NCBI GenBank assembly: GCA_963691755.1
Contig: OY829366.1
Span: forward strand, 622,534 to 686,533
DNA: 64,000 nt
Origin: Dinoroseobacter sp.
Lineage (GTDB): Bacteria > Pseudomonadota > Alphaproteobacteria > Rhodobacterales > Rhodobacteraceae
Direction of reading: 5' to 3'
The stretch's first letter is position 1, and every line of letters starts with the position of its first letter. Shown here piece after piece: positions 1 to 9,988 of this stretch. The translations under genes and the position numbers were made by a program. The notes below the pieces were generated by a model, which was not told where the DNA came from, did not search any database, and saw only the letters and a program-made list of their open reading frames with translations.

Positions 1-859
1 TCGCATCGCCCGGGCGTCTTTCCCCGTATTCAATCGGAACATCCCGGTTGGTGGCCCGCCGAGCGTTTTCCAAAACTTCCCGAACCGAAAACCCAGACCC
101 GGTGCCAAGATTGAAGGCGCGACTGCCTTTGCCATCAATCAGCCACTTCAAGCCGGATACATGCGCATCAACCAGATCGCTGACATGCACATAATCGCGA
201 ATGCAGGTTCCATCTGGCGTCGGGTAGTCTGTCCCAAAGACCGTGAGTGCGGGTCTTTGACCGTCGATCGCCTGAAGGATGAGTGGAATGAGGTGAGTCT
301 CGGGGCGATGAAACTCGCCTATCTCGCCATCAGGGTCTGCCCCGGCAACGTTGAAATACCGAAAGATGACATGCTGAAGGTCATAGGTGGCCTCAAAATT
401 CGACAGAATTTGTTCAATCGCCTGTTTTGAAGCGCCGTAGGCGTTGATCGGGATTTGACCGCTGTCTTCATCAAGCACTACACCATCCTGATCGCCATAT
501 GTCGCGCAGGTCGATGAAAACACGAACCGTTTGCAATCAGCGGCAACTGCCGCTTCGATCAGGTTCAATGCGCCGGTGACGTTTTCCCGCCAATACAGGC
601 CCGGGTCCTTCATGGAATCACCAACCTGACTAAGAGCGGCGAAATGCATTACGGCAATCGGCTGATGCTTGGCAAAGACGGTGTCGATACGCGCGCGATC
701 GAGAAGATTTCCTTCCTCAAGTGGCCCAAATTTGACCGCATCTGCCCAACCCGTGGAAAGATTGTCGAAGGTGACAGGTTCAAATCCGGCCCTCGATAAA
801 GCTTTGCAAGCATGCGACCCGATATATCCTGCACCACCGGTCACCAACACACGATCCAT
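1..859 (-). CDS. galE: UDP-glucose 4-epimerase, C-terminus cut by the window edge
   Basis: Absent from the ORF track because it is open at the edge. My minus-strand translation from ATG 859-857 gives MDRVLVTGGAGYIGSHACKAL...FSSTCATYG...NAYGASKQAIEQIL...FRYFNVAGADP. It shows the Rossmann GxxGxxG and YxxxK motifs of the extended-SDR GalE family. Confidence 0.9.
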   Translation of the reverse strand, partial: MDRVLVTGGAGYIGSHACKALSRAGFEPVTFDNLSTGWADAVKFGPLEEGNLLDRARIDTVFAKHQPIAVMHFAALSQVGDSMKDPGLYWRENVTGALNLIEAAVAADCKRFVFSSTCATYGDQDGVVLDEDSGQIPINAYGASKQAIEQILSNFEATYDLQHVIFRYFNVAGADPDGEIGEFHRPETHLIPLILQAIDGQRPALTVFGTDYPTPDGTCIRDYVHVSDLVDAHVSGLKWLIDGKGSRAFNLGTGSGFSVREVLENARRATNRDVPIEYGERRPGDA

Positions 860-1142
860 TCGATCCGCTCCTTTCCCAATCTGTACTTGCCAATATCCGG
901 CTTCTGAGGCCTGGGGAACCAAAACGTGCGTCCGCTCGAACCATTTGGAAGGTTCTTTCCATCTTGCATGAAATTGGATCGAACCTGCGCAGGATTGCCA
1001 TCAAACTTCTCCTTTTCCGTCACCGGAACAGAGCAGTCTGGCAATGGGTGAGCGTGGTCGAAATGAGGTAGGCGTGACGGTGTTTTTGCACCTTACAACG
1101 AAGTTCGGGTCAAATGGCGTGTCCCTAAACGGCGTGGCCGAT

Positions 1143-2582
1143 ATGGAGCTCTTAAATATACTTGGTCAGTGGACGCTATATTCGGCGTCCCAAACTGACT
1201 ACTCGCTTGGGGCCTTTCAAATTGGTAACAGTGGCGGGCTGTCTCAGCTCGATGGCGTTGGCTACGCCGCGTCCAGTGGAACTCTAGGTGTCCATGGACT
1301 GTCAGTGTTGCAGGTTGGTGCGCAACTTGGACTGATCCCTCGGTCATCTTTTGAGGATAAATTGGCCATCCATGATCTGAATATCAACGGAAGTTTTGGG
1401 AATGTTGCACCACCCGTAAATAGTATCGCGAATGAAATGGCCCGGCTGAGCGCGACCACCTCCATTCGAATTGATGGTATCGATTATGCTTATTTTGCAA
1501 ATAGTGAAAATGCGGGTTTCAAGGGGTATGAAGTCAGCAATAATTTGGATTTGACGGAAATAACCGCCCGCAATGACAACCAAAAATCGCATTTGGGGGA
1601 TGTTACGGATTTGCTGGCCTTAGAGGCCTATGGGAAGAATTTCATTTTTGCGACATCCGCCGAAGATGCGGGCGTATCAAGTTATCGTTTGGATAAGTTT
1701 GGGCGTACCTACAGCAAACACAACACAGGGCCCGAAGATGGGATCGGGATGAGCGGGACCACCGCTATGGTGTCCGTCGAAACGGAAGGTGATGTGTTCC
1801 TGATCGTGGCGGGGGCTGGATCAAACTCGCTGACCTCGTTTCGCATTAGCAAGCAAGGCGTGCTTCGCGAAAAAGACCATATCGTCGATACTGGTGACAC
1901 ACGGTTCGAGACCGTTTCTGCGCTTGAGGCCGTACAGATCAATGACCGAAGTTTTGTTCTGGCAGGTGGCAACGATGACGGGATCACGTTGTTCGAGCTG
2001 ACCCCGAGGTCTGGCAAACTGAAACTATGGGGTGTGCTGGAAGACAGCAACGCGACAACGTTGGCGAGCGTCAGCGACATCGAAGCACTGGAGGTTGACG
2101 GAGAGCTCCATCTTTACGTGACCTCGGCATATGAGAACGGCATAACGCATCTGAAAGCAGATGTTGGCACACTGGCATCTCCGATTGTTGGCACAAAGAA
2201 CGCCGAGGTCTTTGACGGATCGGCAAATGACGATTTGATACTTGGAATGAATGGCGACGATACCCTTCGCGGGAATGCAGGGGATGACTGGCTGATCGAT
2301 GGACGCGGCATGGATCTGTTGGAAGGAGGGATCGGCGCGGATGTCTTCTGTTTTGCGGTGGATCGCAAAACAGACACGATCGTGGATTTCACGCCTGGCG
2401 TGGACCGCATAGATCTGTCCGAGATCCCGATGCTTTACAGCCTGGAGCAAACGACAATTGTGCAGAAAGACTTTGGTGTGGTGGTCAGTTTCGGAAGCGA
2501 GCGTGTCAAGATTCTGTCAAATGATCTGGGCGGCGATATCATGGTTGCAGACATCAACTCCAATGATTTCATTTTCAACTGA
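1143..2582 (+). CDS. RTX-type (hemolysin-type) calcium-binding repeat protein with a large non-repeat N-terminal domain
   Basis: The C-terminal third carries tandem GGxGxD-like nonapeptides (GSANDDLILGMNGDDTLRGNAGDDWLIDGRGMDLLEGGIGADVFCF). There is no N-terminal signal peptide, which fits type I secretion. The ORF track starts at 1044 and the first ATG is at 1143, so the start is uncertain. Confidence 0.6.
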   Translation: MELLNILGQWTLYSASQTDYSLGAFQIGNSGGLSQLDGVGYAASSGTLGVHGLSVLQVGAQLGLIPRSSFEDKLAIHDLNINGSFGNVAPPVNSIANEMARLSATTSIRIDGIDYAYFANSENAGFKGYEVSNNLDLTEITARNDNQKSHLGDVTDLLALEAYGKNFIFATSAEDAGVSSYRLDKFGRTYSKHNTGPEDGIGMSGTTAMVSVETEGDVFLIVAGAGSNSLTSFRISKQGVLREKDHIVDTGDTRFETVSALEAVQINDRSFVLAGGNDDGITLFELTPRSGKLKLWGVLEDSNATTLASVSDIEALEVDGELHLYVTSAYENGITHLKADVGTLASPIVGTKNAEVFDGSANDDLILGMNGDDTLRGNAGDDWLIDGRGMDLLEGGIGADVFCFAVDRKTDTIVDFTPGVDRIDLSEIPMLYSLEQTTIVQKDFGVVVSFGSERVKILSNDLGGDIMVADINSNDFIFN

Positions 2583-2584
2583 CC

Positions 2585-5500
2585 TCAGTAATCGGTCTCG
2601 AAGAAGAAACCCAACCCCGTGCTGCCATTGCTGTTTGCTGTACCCCTGAGTGTTAGCTTCGGGGACACGTCAAGGTTCAAGGTAATGCTGCTTTGACCAT
2701 CGGCGCCAATGGTGACATCGCTGTAAACATTATCGCTCAGGTATTTTCCGGCACGCACTGCAAGCCCATCGCCTGCGTCGTCGGTAGTGATATCGAAGTC
2801 ATCAAGCCCTGTCGCCTCGCGAAGCTGGTTAAGTGGCCCGCCGGTACCGTCACCGGTTAAAGTGACCAGAGCAGCGGCCAGTTGCGCGGCTTGCAAGGGT
2901 GAAAGTTGACTGAGACCACGCCCAAAGAGGAAGCGTGACAGGGCTTCATCCTGCGGCAGCGGAGGAGTGGATGTGATTGTCAGATCAGGCGCACTTGCTG
3001 GGCCAGACACCGTTACTGTCAATGATACGCTTTGATTTGCGGCGGAAGCTCTCAGCGAAAGAATGGGATCAAACGCGCCTTCGAGTAGAACGGTGGCTTC
3101 ATCCAGCGTCAGCCTGTGCCACAACAGATCCAATCTGCCACGGATAAGGGAATATGCCCCCTCCGGGCGGATGTCGTTGGACTTGCCACGTAAGGTTAGC
3201 GTCCCGCCCAGCTCAGCATCCAGACCGCGCCCCCGAACAAAAATCTGATTTGGTGCGGAAAGCCGGATATTCAGGTCTAGCGCTCCGCTGCCCCTTGCGG
3301 CAGTCGAAGATTTCAGCAGACCCGCTTGGGCACGCGTTTGCCTGACGCCTGCTGGCTCGGCAATGTGTTGAATGTCTTCAAGGAGACCGGACCTGCCAGC
3401 ATTGAAGCGACTGAGGCGAATTTCAGTAGGGCCCACCGCAATATCCCCTTCTGCTGAAACCTGACCTGACAAATTGCCCAGCAAGCGGACCTCACCGCTT
3501 GCGGAACTGTGCAGCGCGTTTTCCTGCTGAATGATGAAGTCTGATAGGTTGAGGGCGATATTGCTGGGATAGGGTGATTGCAGACCGAGTGATCCATTCA
3601 CTCCAAGCGCCCCACCGTCGCTGCCATTGGCATCAATCACGATCTGAGCGGTTGAACCTGCCAGATCGATTGTGCCAGACCCGTTCGTGAGCGCAAAGGG
3701 CAGTGACGGGTCGACGAGTTCTGCACCAGACATCGAAATACTGCCAGAAACATTGCTTAGCCCAAAACCACCGTTCAGCCGTAATGACCCTTGCGCAGAC
3801 CCAGATAAGTTGCGCGGTGTCAGGAATGGATTGGCAAGGGCGAGCTGTGCGCGACCATCGACTGATATGTCAGCATTTGAAAAATCGGACGGGATCGTAC
3901 CATTTATTGAGAGCGAAAGGTCACCCGGTCCGCTTGCTGTGCCCGACAGCGCTATCTGGTTATCTGCTTCAGTCGCATTGATCTGCAGGGTTGCACGTCC
4001 CGGGAAGCCAGGCACGATCCGCGACAGCGTTGCTATATCCAGCGAAACGGTTGCCTCGCTCTCGCTGTCGGTAATCTGTGTACTGGCTTGAATGCTTGCG
4101 TGATCGCTTTGAAGGATCGCTCGAGGAATCTGAAAACCGGTTTCATCGCGTTTCGCCGCAACGTAGAGTGTCAGTATTCCAGCGGTCAGAAGATCGAGGC
4201 TTGCCATACCAACGGCAAGATCACGGCCATTCCCCGCAAGATCGACGTCGAAAGACCCTGAAAGTAAGTTCGCAGAACCCATTGCGCGCGCCGAAACCGC
4301 CCCGGATAGGGTCTGGTTCGCAAGCGCTGAAAATGCGTTCAGATCTGGCAGATTGAGCTGAACATCGAAAACAGTATTGATCCCTTCGCCAAAGCCGGAG
4401 AAGACAAATTGACCGTTGGCACCGCCCGCTGCGATGGCAAGGTTTTGGACTGTAATTTCTGTCCCGGCATTTTCGGTACGGCGTGTGGCGAACTGGATAT
4501 TGATTGTTTCTCCTACCGCCTGCTGGATTGCGTTATCCATGATGGACAAACCATTGGCCGAAAAGTCGCCTCCGAAATCAAACATTTCATCTTCGCGCGA
4601 TATGATGCCGTCTAGCGACAAATCAATTTCGGAGGCCTGAAACGCGCTGGTGGTCAAATTGGAGCCGCGAAAAGACCCCTCAATGGCGCTGCTTTGCGCT
4701 TTGTCATAGCTCAACGAGATATTGGCTGATCCAATTGAAATCGGGTCACCAGGTACAGGCAGCCGGACTTGGCCCGTGGGATCGCTGATTTGACCATCAA
4801 GCTGAATTAACGTGGGCCATCCAGCTTCGTCGATGGTCCCGCTCGCCTGGAAACGGACAGTTTTGGCAATGATTGCGGCTTCTTCCACGTGCAGTGCGCC
4901 AATTGTTGTGACACGGGCACGCGTGGATACGCGTAGGTCGGTCCCGAAGAAGTCGCGAAACTCTGGATGAAACAGCTTGGTCAGATCACCATGCGCATCT
5001 GCAACAAAGACGCGGTCCTGGCTTTCCGCTTCGATACGGGTCGAAAACTGGCCAGATAACCGACGTTCGCCCGCAGTATCGAGCGTAAGATTGGCCTCAA
5101 ATGCGTCGATCGGTGCATCGCCCTGTAGGTTCAGCGATAGCGATGGCGTTTCTGGAATGCGAAGCAAAGTCGCGACCAAACCATTCTGATCTTCCGCAAG
5201 TGTTACCCCAAGGTCGAGGTTCCGCGTTTCGTTGTCGAAGGACACCGAGAGATCAAATGAGCCCGACACATTGTCCAAACGATTGATCTCTAACGCGGCA
5301 CTCCCTGCACCGTCGTCTAGAGATGCATTGCCCGTGAGCGAAAAGCGTGTTTCGGGTAACCTGTTTGACAGAATACCAGCGCCCAATCGTAGGTCGTCGG
5401 TCTCAATCTTACCGATTGAAATAGAAACCGGTAGGTTCGGCAGCTCAAAGGGGGTCGCGGCAGCATTTGGTCTATTGGGCGCCTCGGATACCGGCCGACG

Positions 5501-5809
5501 ACGCACGTCGATAAGCTCCGCAGACAATTCAGTGATCTTGATATCGCCGCGAAGAATGGCGGTAAGCTTCCAGTCGAGAACAGCATTTTCAATTACAAGC
5601 CATTCGCCACTGGGGTCAGAAATTGACAGGCGCTCAAGCCGTGCCTTTCCTCTCCACGCACCGGAAAGCCCTTCTATATTGACCTGACGTGTATCGTCTG
5701 AAAGGCTTCGTTGAAGAAAACGCTCCACGAACCCTGGCCCGTCTGCCTCTTCGGCCAAGGTTGCAAGGGGAAGTGTGCAAAGAAGGACGATTAAGACAGT
5801 TCGTAACAT
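2585..5809 (-). CDS. tamB: Translocation and assembly module protein TamB (DUF490 family)
   Basis: The product is 1074 aa with an N-terminal signal-anchor (MLRTVLIVLLCTLPLATLA). It has a long beta-rich body and a DUF490-type C-terminus (GKYLSDNVYSDV...LRGTANSNGSTGLGFFFETDY). It lies directly downstream of tamA with a 1-nt overlap. Confidence 0.85.
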   Translation of the reverse strand: MLRTVLIVLLCTLPLATLAEEADGPGFVERFLQRSLSDDTRQVNIEGLSGAWRGKARLERLSISDPSGEWLVIENAVLDWKLTAILRGDIKITELSAELIDVRRRPVSEAPNRPNAAATPFELPNLPVSISIGKIETDDLRLGAGILSNRLPETRFSLTGNASLDDGAGSAALEINRLDNVSGSFDLSVSFDNETRNLDLGVTLAEDQNGLVATLLRIPETPSLSLNLQGDAPIDAFEANLTLDTAGERRLSGQFSTRIEAESQDRVFVADAHGDLTKLFHPEFRDFFGTDLRVSTRARVTTIGALHVEEAAIIAKTVRFQASGTIDEAGWPTLIQLDGQISDPTGQVRLPVPGDPISIGSANISLSYDKAQSSAIEGSFRGSNLTTSAFQASEIDLSLDGIISREDEMFDFGGDFSANGLSIMDNAIQQAVGETINIQFATRRTENAGTEITVQNLAIAAGGANGQFVFSGFGEGINTVFDVQLNLPDLNAFSALANQTLSGAVSARAMGSANLLSGSFDVDLAGNGRDLAVGMASLDLLTAGILTLYVAAKRDETGFQIPRAILQSDHASIQASTQITDSESEATVSLDIATLSRIVPGFPGRATLQINATEADNQIALSGTASGPGDLSLSINGTIPSDFSNADISVDGRAQLALANPFLTPRNLSGSAQGSLRLNGGFGLSNVSGSISMSGAELVDPSLPFALTNGSGTIDLAGSTAQIVIDANGSDGGALGVNGSLGLQSPYPSNIALNLSDFIIQQENALHSSASGEVRLLGNLSGQVSAEGDIAVGPTEIRLSRFNAGRSGLLEDIQHIAEPAGVRQTRAQAGLLKSSTAARGSGALDLNIRLSAPNQIFVRGRGLDAELGGTLTLRGKSNDIRPEGAYSLIRGRLDLLWHRLTLDEATVLLEGAFDPILSLRASAANQSVSLTVTVSGPASAPDLTITSTPPLPQDEALSRFLFGRGLSQLSPLQAAQLAAALVTLTGDGTGGPLNQLREATGLDDFDITTDDAGDGLAVRAGKYLSDNVYSDVTIGADGQSSITLNLDVSPKLTLRGTANSNGSTGLGFFFETDY

Positions 5810-7623
5810 CAGAAGGCCTGCCCAATACCAAGATAGACCTTTGGACCTGTCGCACCCTGAGCGGGCAACCCAACGTCGAGGCGAATTGGACCGATGGCGG
5901 TCAAATAGCGCGCGCCAAGACCATAGCCGCTATGGGATGATCCTGCCGCACTAGGCATGCTGTCGGGCCCTACAAAGCCCTGATCATAAAATCCGACGAG
6001 GCTGATAGCGTCTGTCACGCCTAGGCGGGCTTCTAAACTCGCTGCGAGAAAACTGCGCCCGCCGGTAAAACTGCCCGAAGCGCTGGTTCCAAGGTTTTGA
6101 TAGGGCTGCCCCCGCACGGTACCGGACCCACCTGATAGGAATAGATAGTCTGATGGCGTTGCTGAAATCGAGCTGCCTGCCACCGATCCAAACTGAAGGC
6201 GACCGGCCAATATAATGTTCGATGAGATCGCGTGGTAGCCGCGCAGATCTGCAAAGGCCCGCAGCCCGCTCCCAGCATCGAGCCCACCCAGATAGGGCCG
6301 CAACTCCAAACGGGCGAGGGCCCCATCGGCTGGATTGAGTAGATCGTCACGTGTGTCCAATCCGATGACACTGGGAAAAGACAGTACGCGGAACGCATCA
6401 CGTCCGGAGCGCAGATCGCGTTCTTCGAGCATGAAGTCGATGCCAAGTTCGCCAGTCAGGTCATTCGCGATTTGTCTTTCAAGCCCGAGATATGCCGAGA
6501 AGCTGTTACTTAAGCTACTCACGCCATCGTCACGTTCCAGTGCGAGCCTCGCGATAAGATCGATGTCTGGTGCAAAAGTCCCTGGACGCCTGAAGTTTGC
6601 TGAGAGGCTGAAGTCTACACCACTTTGGATCCCACCAACCTCTTCAATCTTCCCGTCAATCCGGAGGTTTTCAGCACCACCGAGCAGGTTGCGATGCGTC
6701 CAGAAGGCACCGAACTGTAGCCCCTTGTCGCTTTCAACTTCGGCACCTGCACCAAACCGGCGCAAAGGCGCATCTGATAATTGCGCAGTGACATCAAGTG
6801 TTCCGTCTGGGTTCGCGCTTTCCGAATGTTGCAGTGTGACCGAGGAAAAGGCGCCCGTGTTTCGCAGGCGCGCGCCGGCCCGTTTCATGGCTGCAGGCGA
6901 ATAGGTTGCGCCCGTTGGAAGTCCTGCGATTTCACGAATACGGTCAGGTCTTACGCCTTCAGATCCTGAGACGGTGAGCTGCGCGAAGCGAAGGATCGGA
7001 CCTGTTTCGATATCCAGCTCAGCATTGAGGCGCGCGGTGCGGTGATCGGCAGAAATTGTTTGGGTTCGGACATCAGCAAAGGCGTAACCCTGGTCACGCC
7101 AGCCTTCTACTGCGGCAAGTGCTGCATCCTGTACGACGGTGCTTTTTGCAGCCTGTCCAGAGGAAAATCCCTCAGGCAACTCGGTTTGAGCCGCTAAAGG
7201 ACCGGCGGCTACTCTGCCAAAAGCGAATTCTGGCCCTGCACTTATTGCGATATCTATCTGCGTTATACGTGAAGGGGTTGAGAATGGAGAATATGAGGCC
7301 AGGGGTCGCCCATTTACGCGCAGGTTTATGCGTGGGCCATATCTCGCGTTTTTGTAAAGAACACCCAAAAGCGTGGTGAAGTCCGCATGGGCCGCCGCCA
7401 TTAACATATTGGGATCTGAGGTGCCTTCGAGAACCAATCGATGCGTTTCAGAGGCGTCTTTAAGATCTGTTGTCAGTTGTTCCCCAGCCCCTACGACCGA
7501 AAAGCTGACCGATTGAGCGAGTGTTGGTGGCGCGAGCAAACATACGACCCAAAACGTCAGGCCATAAATAGATTTCGTGAGATAGGTTCTGTTCAGCACC
7601 GGGCCACGCAAAGTTATCCACAA
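5809..7623 (-). CDS. tamA: Omp85-family outer-membrane protein TamA
   Basis: The product is about 600 aa with a signal peptide ending ...APPTLAQS. It has a POTRA-like N-terminal region and a surface-antigen barrel ending in terminal Phe (YLGIGQAF). It is paired with tamB. The start is uncertain: TTG at 7623 or GTG at 7599. Confidence 0.85.
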   Translation of the reverse strand: MWITLRGPVLNRTYLTKSIYGLTFWVVCLLAPPTLAQSVSFSVVGAGEQLTTDLKDASETHRLVLEGTSDPNMLMAAAHADFTTLLGVLYKNARYGPRINLRVNGRPLASYSPFSTPSRITQIDIAISAGPEFAFGRVAAGPLAAQTELPEGFSSGQAAKSTVVQDAALAAVEGWRDQGYAFADVRTQTISADHRTARLNAELDIETGPILRFAQLTVSGSEGVRPDRIREIAGLPTGATYSPAAMKRAGARLRNTGAFSSVTLQHSESANPDGTLDVTAQLSDAPLRRFGAGAEVESDKGLQFGAFWTHRNLLGGAENLRIDGKIEEVGGIQSGVDFSLSANFRRPGTFAPDIDLIARLALERDDGVSSLSNSFSAYLGLERQIANDLTGELGIDFMLEERDLRSGRDAFRVLSFPSVIGLDTRDDLLNPADGALARLELRPYLGGLDAGSGLRAFADLRGYHAISSNIILAGRLQFGSVAGSSISATPSDYLFLSGGSGTVRGQPYQNLGTSASGSFTGGRSFLAASLEARLGVTDAISLVGFYDQGFVGPDSMPSAAGSSHSGYGLGARYLTAIGPIRLDVGLPAQGATGPKVYLGIGQAF

Positions 7624-7780
7624 CGTGTCTGCACATACGCGACAATTTCAAGTTGTGCACGTGAAACCCGAGCTCGCGCCTCTGATAAGCAGAAATATGA
7701 ACAACTTGAGGCGTTAATACAGCATTCAACCTCAGCGGTTAGAAGGGCTTTGGGTGTAGTGAAAGAGGATCGGTGAACGA

Positions 7781-8572
7781 ATGGCCGCAAACGCAGGCGC
7801 GCCAACCATAATCAAACGCAAGAAGATCGTAGTCGAGGACGGCCACCATGGTGGCGCCTGGAAAGTTGCATATGCCGATTTCGTCACTGCAATGATGGCC
7901 TTCTTTATGTTGATGTGGCTGTTGAACGCGACAACTGAAGCACAACGCAAAGGGATCGCAGACTATTTCAAACCGACGATCCCGCTGACGCGTGTGTCCG
8001 GTGGAGGGGACGGTTCGCTTAGTGGTGACAGCTTATTTACGGAAGACCCATTGTCTCAATCTGGAACTGGCGGATTAGATAGCAAGGCGCCTGCAAGCGC
8101 CGAGCAGGCATTGTTTGAAGAGATTGATGAAAGCCTGACGGCACTTGTGGGCGAAAGCATGCTCAGTACCGAAATCGCGCGGCATATCGTGACGCGTGTG
8201 ACCGATAGGGGACTTGTCGTTGAACTGTTCGATACGCCAGAGCAGTCGTTATTCGATGATGCATCTGCAACGCCACATCCTCTGCTGGAACGCCTTGTCG
8301 AGGTTGTATCCGAGGTGTTTGAGCTTGCATCCAACCCGCTTGAAATAGGTGTTCACACGAAGGCCGAACCGATCGTTCATCGGGTTCCTCAGGGTTGGGC
8401 ATTGAGTTCTGAGCGCGCCATGGTGATTCGGGATTTGATAGAAAGATCGGGAACCAGTGCAGACCGTATTGCGCGCCTCCAGGCCAATGCGGATCGTTCC
8501 CCAGCGACGGATCCTCCAATTGCAGAAAGAAACAGTAGGATTGAACTCGTTCTTCTGCGGATGAATTTCTGA
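7781..8572 (+). CDS. motB: Flagellar motor stator protein MotB
   Basis: The N-terminus is the MotB plug/TM motif (GGAWKVAYADFVTAMMAFFMLMWLL). The C-terminus is an OmpA-like peptidoglycan-binding domain (...LSSERAMVIRDLIE...NSRIELVLL). Confidence 0.9.
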   Translation: MAANAGAPTIIKRKKIVVEDGHHGGAWKVAYADFVTAMMAFFMLMWLLNATTEAQRKGIADYFKPTIPLTRVSGGGDGSLSGDSLFTEDPLSQSGTGGLDSKAPASAEQALFEEIDESLTALVGESMLSTEIARHIVTRVTDRGLVVELFDTPEQSLFDDASATPHPLLERLVEVVSEVFELASNPLEIGVHTKAEPIVHRVPQGWALSSERAMVIRDLIERSGTSADRIARLQANADRSPATDPPIAERNSRIELVLLRMNF

Positions 8573-8592
8573 ACTGTTTCGGATTTTAGTCG

Positions 8593-8607
8593 TTAGGTCG
8601 TTCTTAA
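8593..8607 (+). promoter_or_regulatory. CtrA-box-like motif TTAG-N7-TTAA upstream of flgE
   Basis: TTAGgtcgttcTTAA lies about 60 nt upstream of the flgE ATG. It has one mismatch to TTAA-N7-TTAA. This is a motif match only. Confidence 0.25.
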
Positions 8608-8665
8608 CGGTGAAGGCGTCATGCTGCGCGTTAATCTCAGGAATGACGCATCAGAAAGGCGCATC

Positions 8666-9967
8666 ATGACCCTTCCATCTTCGCTGAATGCGAGTATCGC
8701 CGGCTTAAACGGCAATGCAAGCCGCTTGGCTACCATTGCGGACAACATCGCGAACTCTTCCACCCACGGGTACAAGCGAGCTGTTACAGACTTTCATTCA
8801 ATGGTGCAGTCAGACGGCAGCGGAAACTACACGGCAGGTGGTGTTCGTGTCACTAGCAACCGTCTGATTGATGAACGCGGGCCACTGATAACAACCAATA
8901 ATGCGACGGATATTGCTGTGAACGGTGCGGGTATGCTGCCCACAACAGTTATTTCGGCGCTCGATAATGATAACGGTAGCTACCCGTTGACCTTGATGAC
9001 TACTGGATCTTTCCGGCCGGATGCCAATGGAGTGCTACAGACGGAATCTGGCATGGTGTTGATGGGTTGGCCTGCTCAAAATGACGGCACGGTGGGATCT
9101 TATCCGCGCGACACCGCCGCCGGTCTGGAACCAGTACGCATCAACCTGAACCAGTTTGCAGGCGATCCAACGACAAGGATCGAACTTGGGGTAAACCTGC
9201 CAGCATCAGCAACTGAAGCCGGGCAGTCTGGTGAGGTTATCGAGATGCCAATCGAATATTTTGGCAATCTTGGTACTAGTCAAAACCTGAACATTTCGTA
9301 CGAACCGACTGTCCCCGCGACGGGTATATCAAACACCTGGACCATGACGGTTCGGGAACCTGCGTCTAACAATGGCATCGTCGGTCAATATACACTGGTC
9401 TTTAATGACCAACGCGGAACAGGGGGAACCTTGAACTCAGTGACCCGACTAAGTGGCGGCGTATATGACGCTACAACCGGCGAACTAGAGTTGAATCTGG
9501 CCGGCGGTCCTATGAATATTAAAATAGGCGCACTTGCTGATCCAAAGGGTTTGACGCAGCTATCAGAAACCTTCGCACCCGTTTCAATCGTGAAAGATGG
9601 CTCGCCTGTTGGCAACCTGTCTTCCGTAGAGGTTGACGCGAATGGGTACATGCACGCCATTTACGATATCGGATTCAAAAGGACGATTTACCAAATTCCG
9701 CTTGCGGATGTTTCAAATCCCAATGGGCTGAGTTCTGTGAACAATCAAGCCTATCAGGTTTCAGCCGAAAGCGGCGCCTTATTTTTGTGGGACGCAGGAT
9801 CTGGTCCCACTGGTGATATGGTTGGCTTCGCTCGGGAAGATTCGACAACAGATGTTGCAGCAGAGCTCACCAACTTGATCACGACGCAGCGTGCGTATTC
9901 ATCAAACGCGAAGGTCATACAAACCGTTGATGAAATGCTTCAGGAAACGACGAATATGAAGCGCTGA
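8666..9967 (+). CDS. flgE: Flagellar hook protein FlgE
   Basis: It has the N-terminal rod/hook motif (MTLPSSLNASIAGLNGNASRLATIADNIANSSTHGYKR). It has the C-terminal motif (LITTQRAYSSNAKVIQTVDEMLQE). ATG 8666 is preceded by AGAAAGG. Confidence 0.93.
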   Translation: MTLPSSLNASIAGLNGNASRLATIADNIANSSTHGYKRAVTDFHSMVQSDGSGNYTAGGVRVTSNRLIDERGPLITTNNATDIAVNGAGMLPTTVISALDNDNGSYPLTLMTTGSFRPDANGVLQTESGMVLMGWPAQNDGTVGSYPRDTAAGLEPVRINLNQFAGDPTTRIELGVNLPASATEAGQSGEVIEMPIEYFGNLGTSQNLNISYEPTVPATGISNTWTMTVREPASNNGIVGQYTLVFNDQRGTGGTLNSVTRLSGGVYDATTGELELNLAGGPMNIKIGALADPKGLTQLSETFAPVSIVKDGSPVGNLSSVEVDANGYMHAIYDIGFKRTIYQIPLADVSNPNGLSSVNNQAYQVSAESGALFLWDAGSGPTGDMVGFAREDSTTDVAAELTNLITTQRAYSSNAKVIQTVDEMLQETTNMKR

Positions 9968-9988
9968 TCGGTCTGATTGGGATTCTTC

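Noticed and set aside
841-1044. A 67-aa minus-strand ORF lies immediately upstream of galE and overlaps its start.
   Set aside because: It has no recognisable motif and an odd composition. It overlaps the galE start by 19 nt and is most likely non-coding leader or promoter DNA.
7614-7622. A perfect consensus DnaA box (TTATCCACA) lies in the tamA/motB divergent region, about 100 bp from a CtrA-like TTAA-N7-TTCA site.
   Set aside because: It is a single occurrence. A perfect 9-mer is expected about 0.5 times by chance in 64 kb on both strands. There is no AT-rich unwinding element or further box nearby, and it may lie inside the tamA 5' end.
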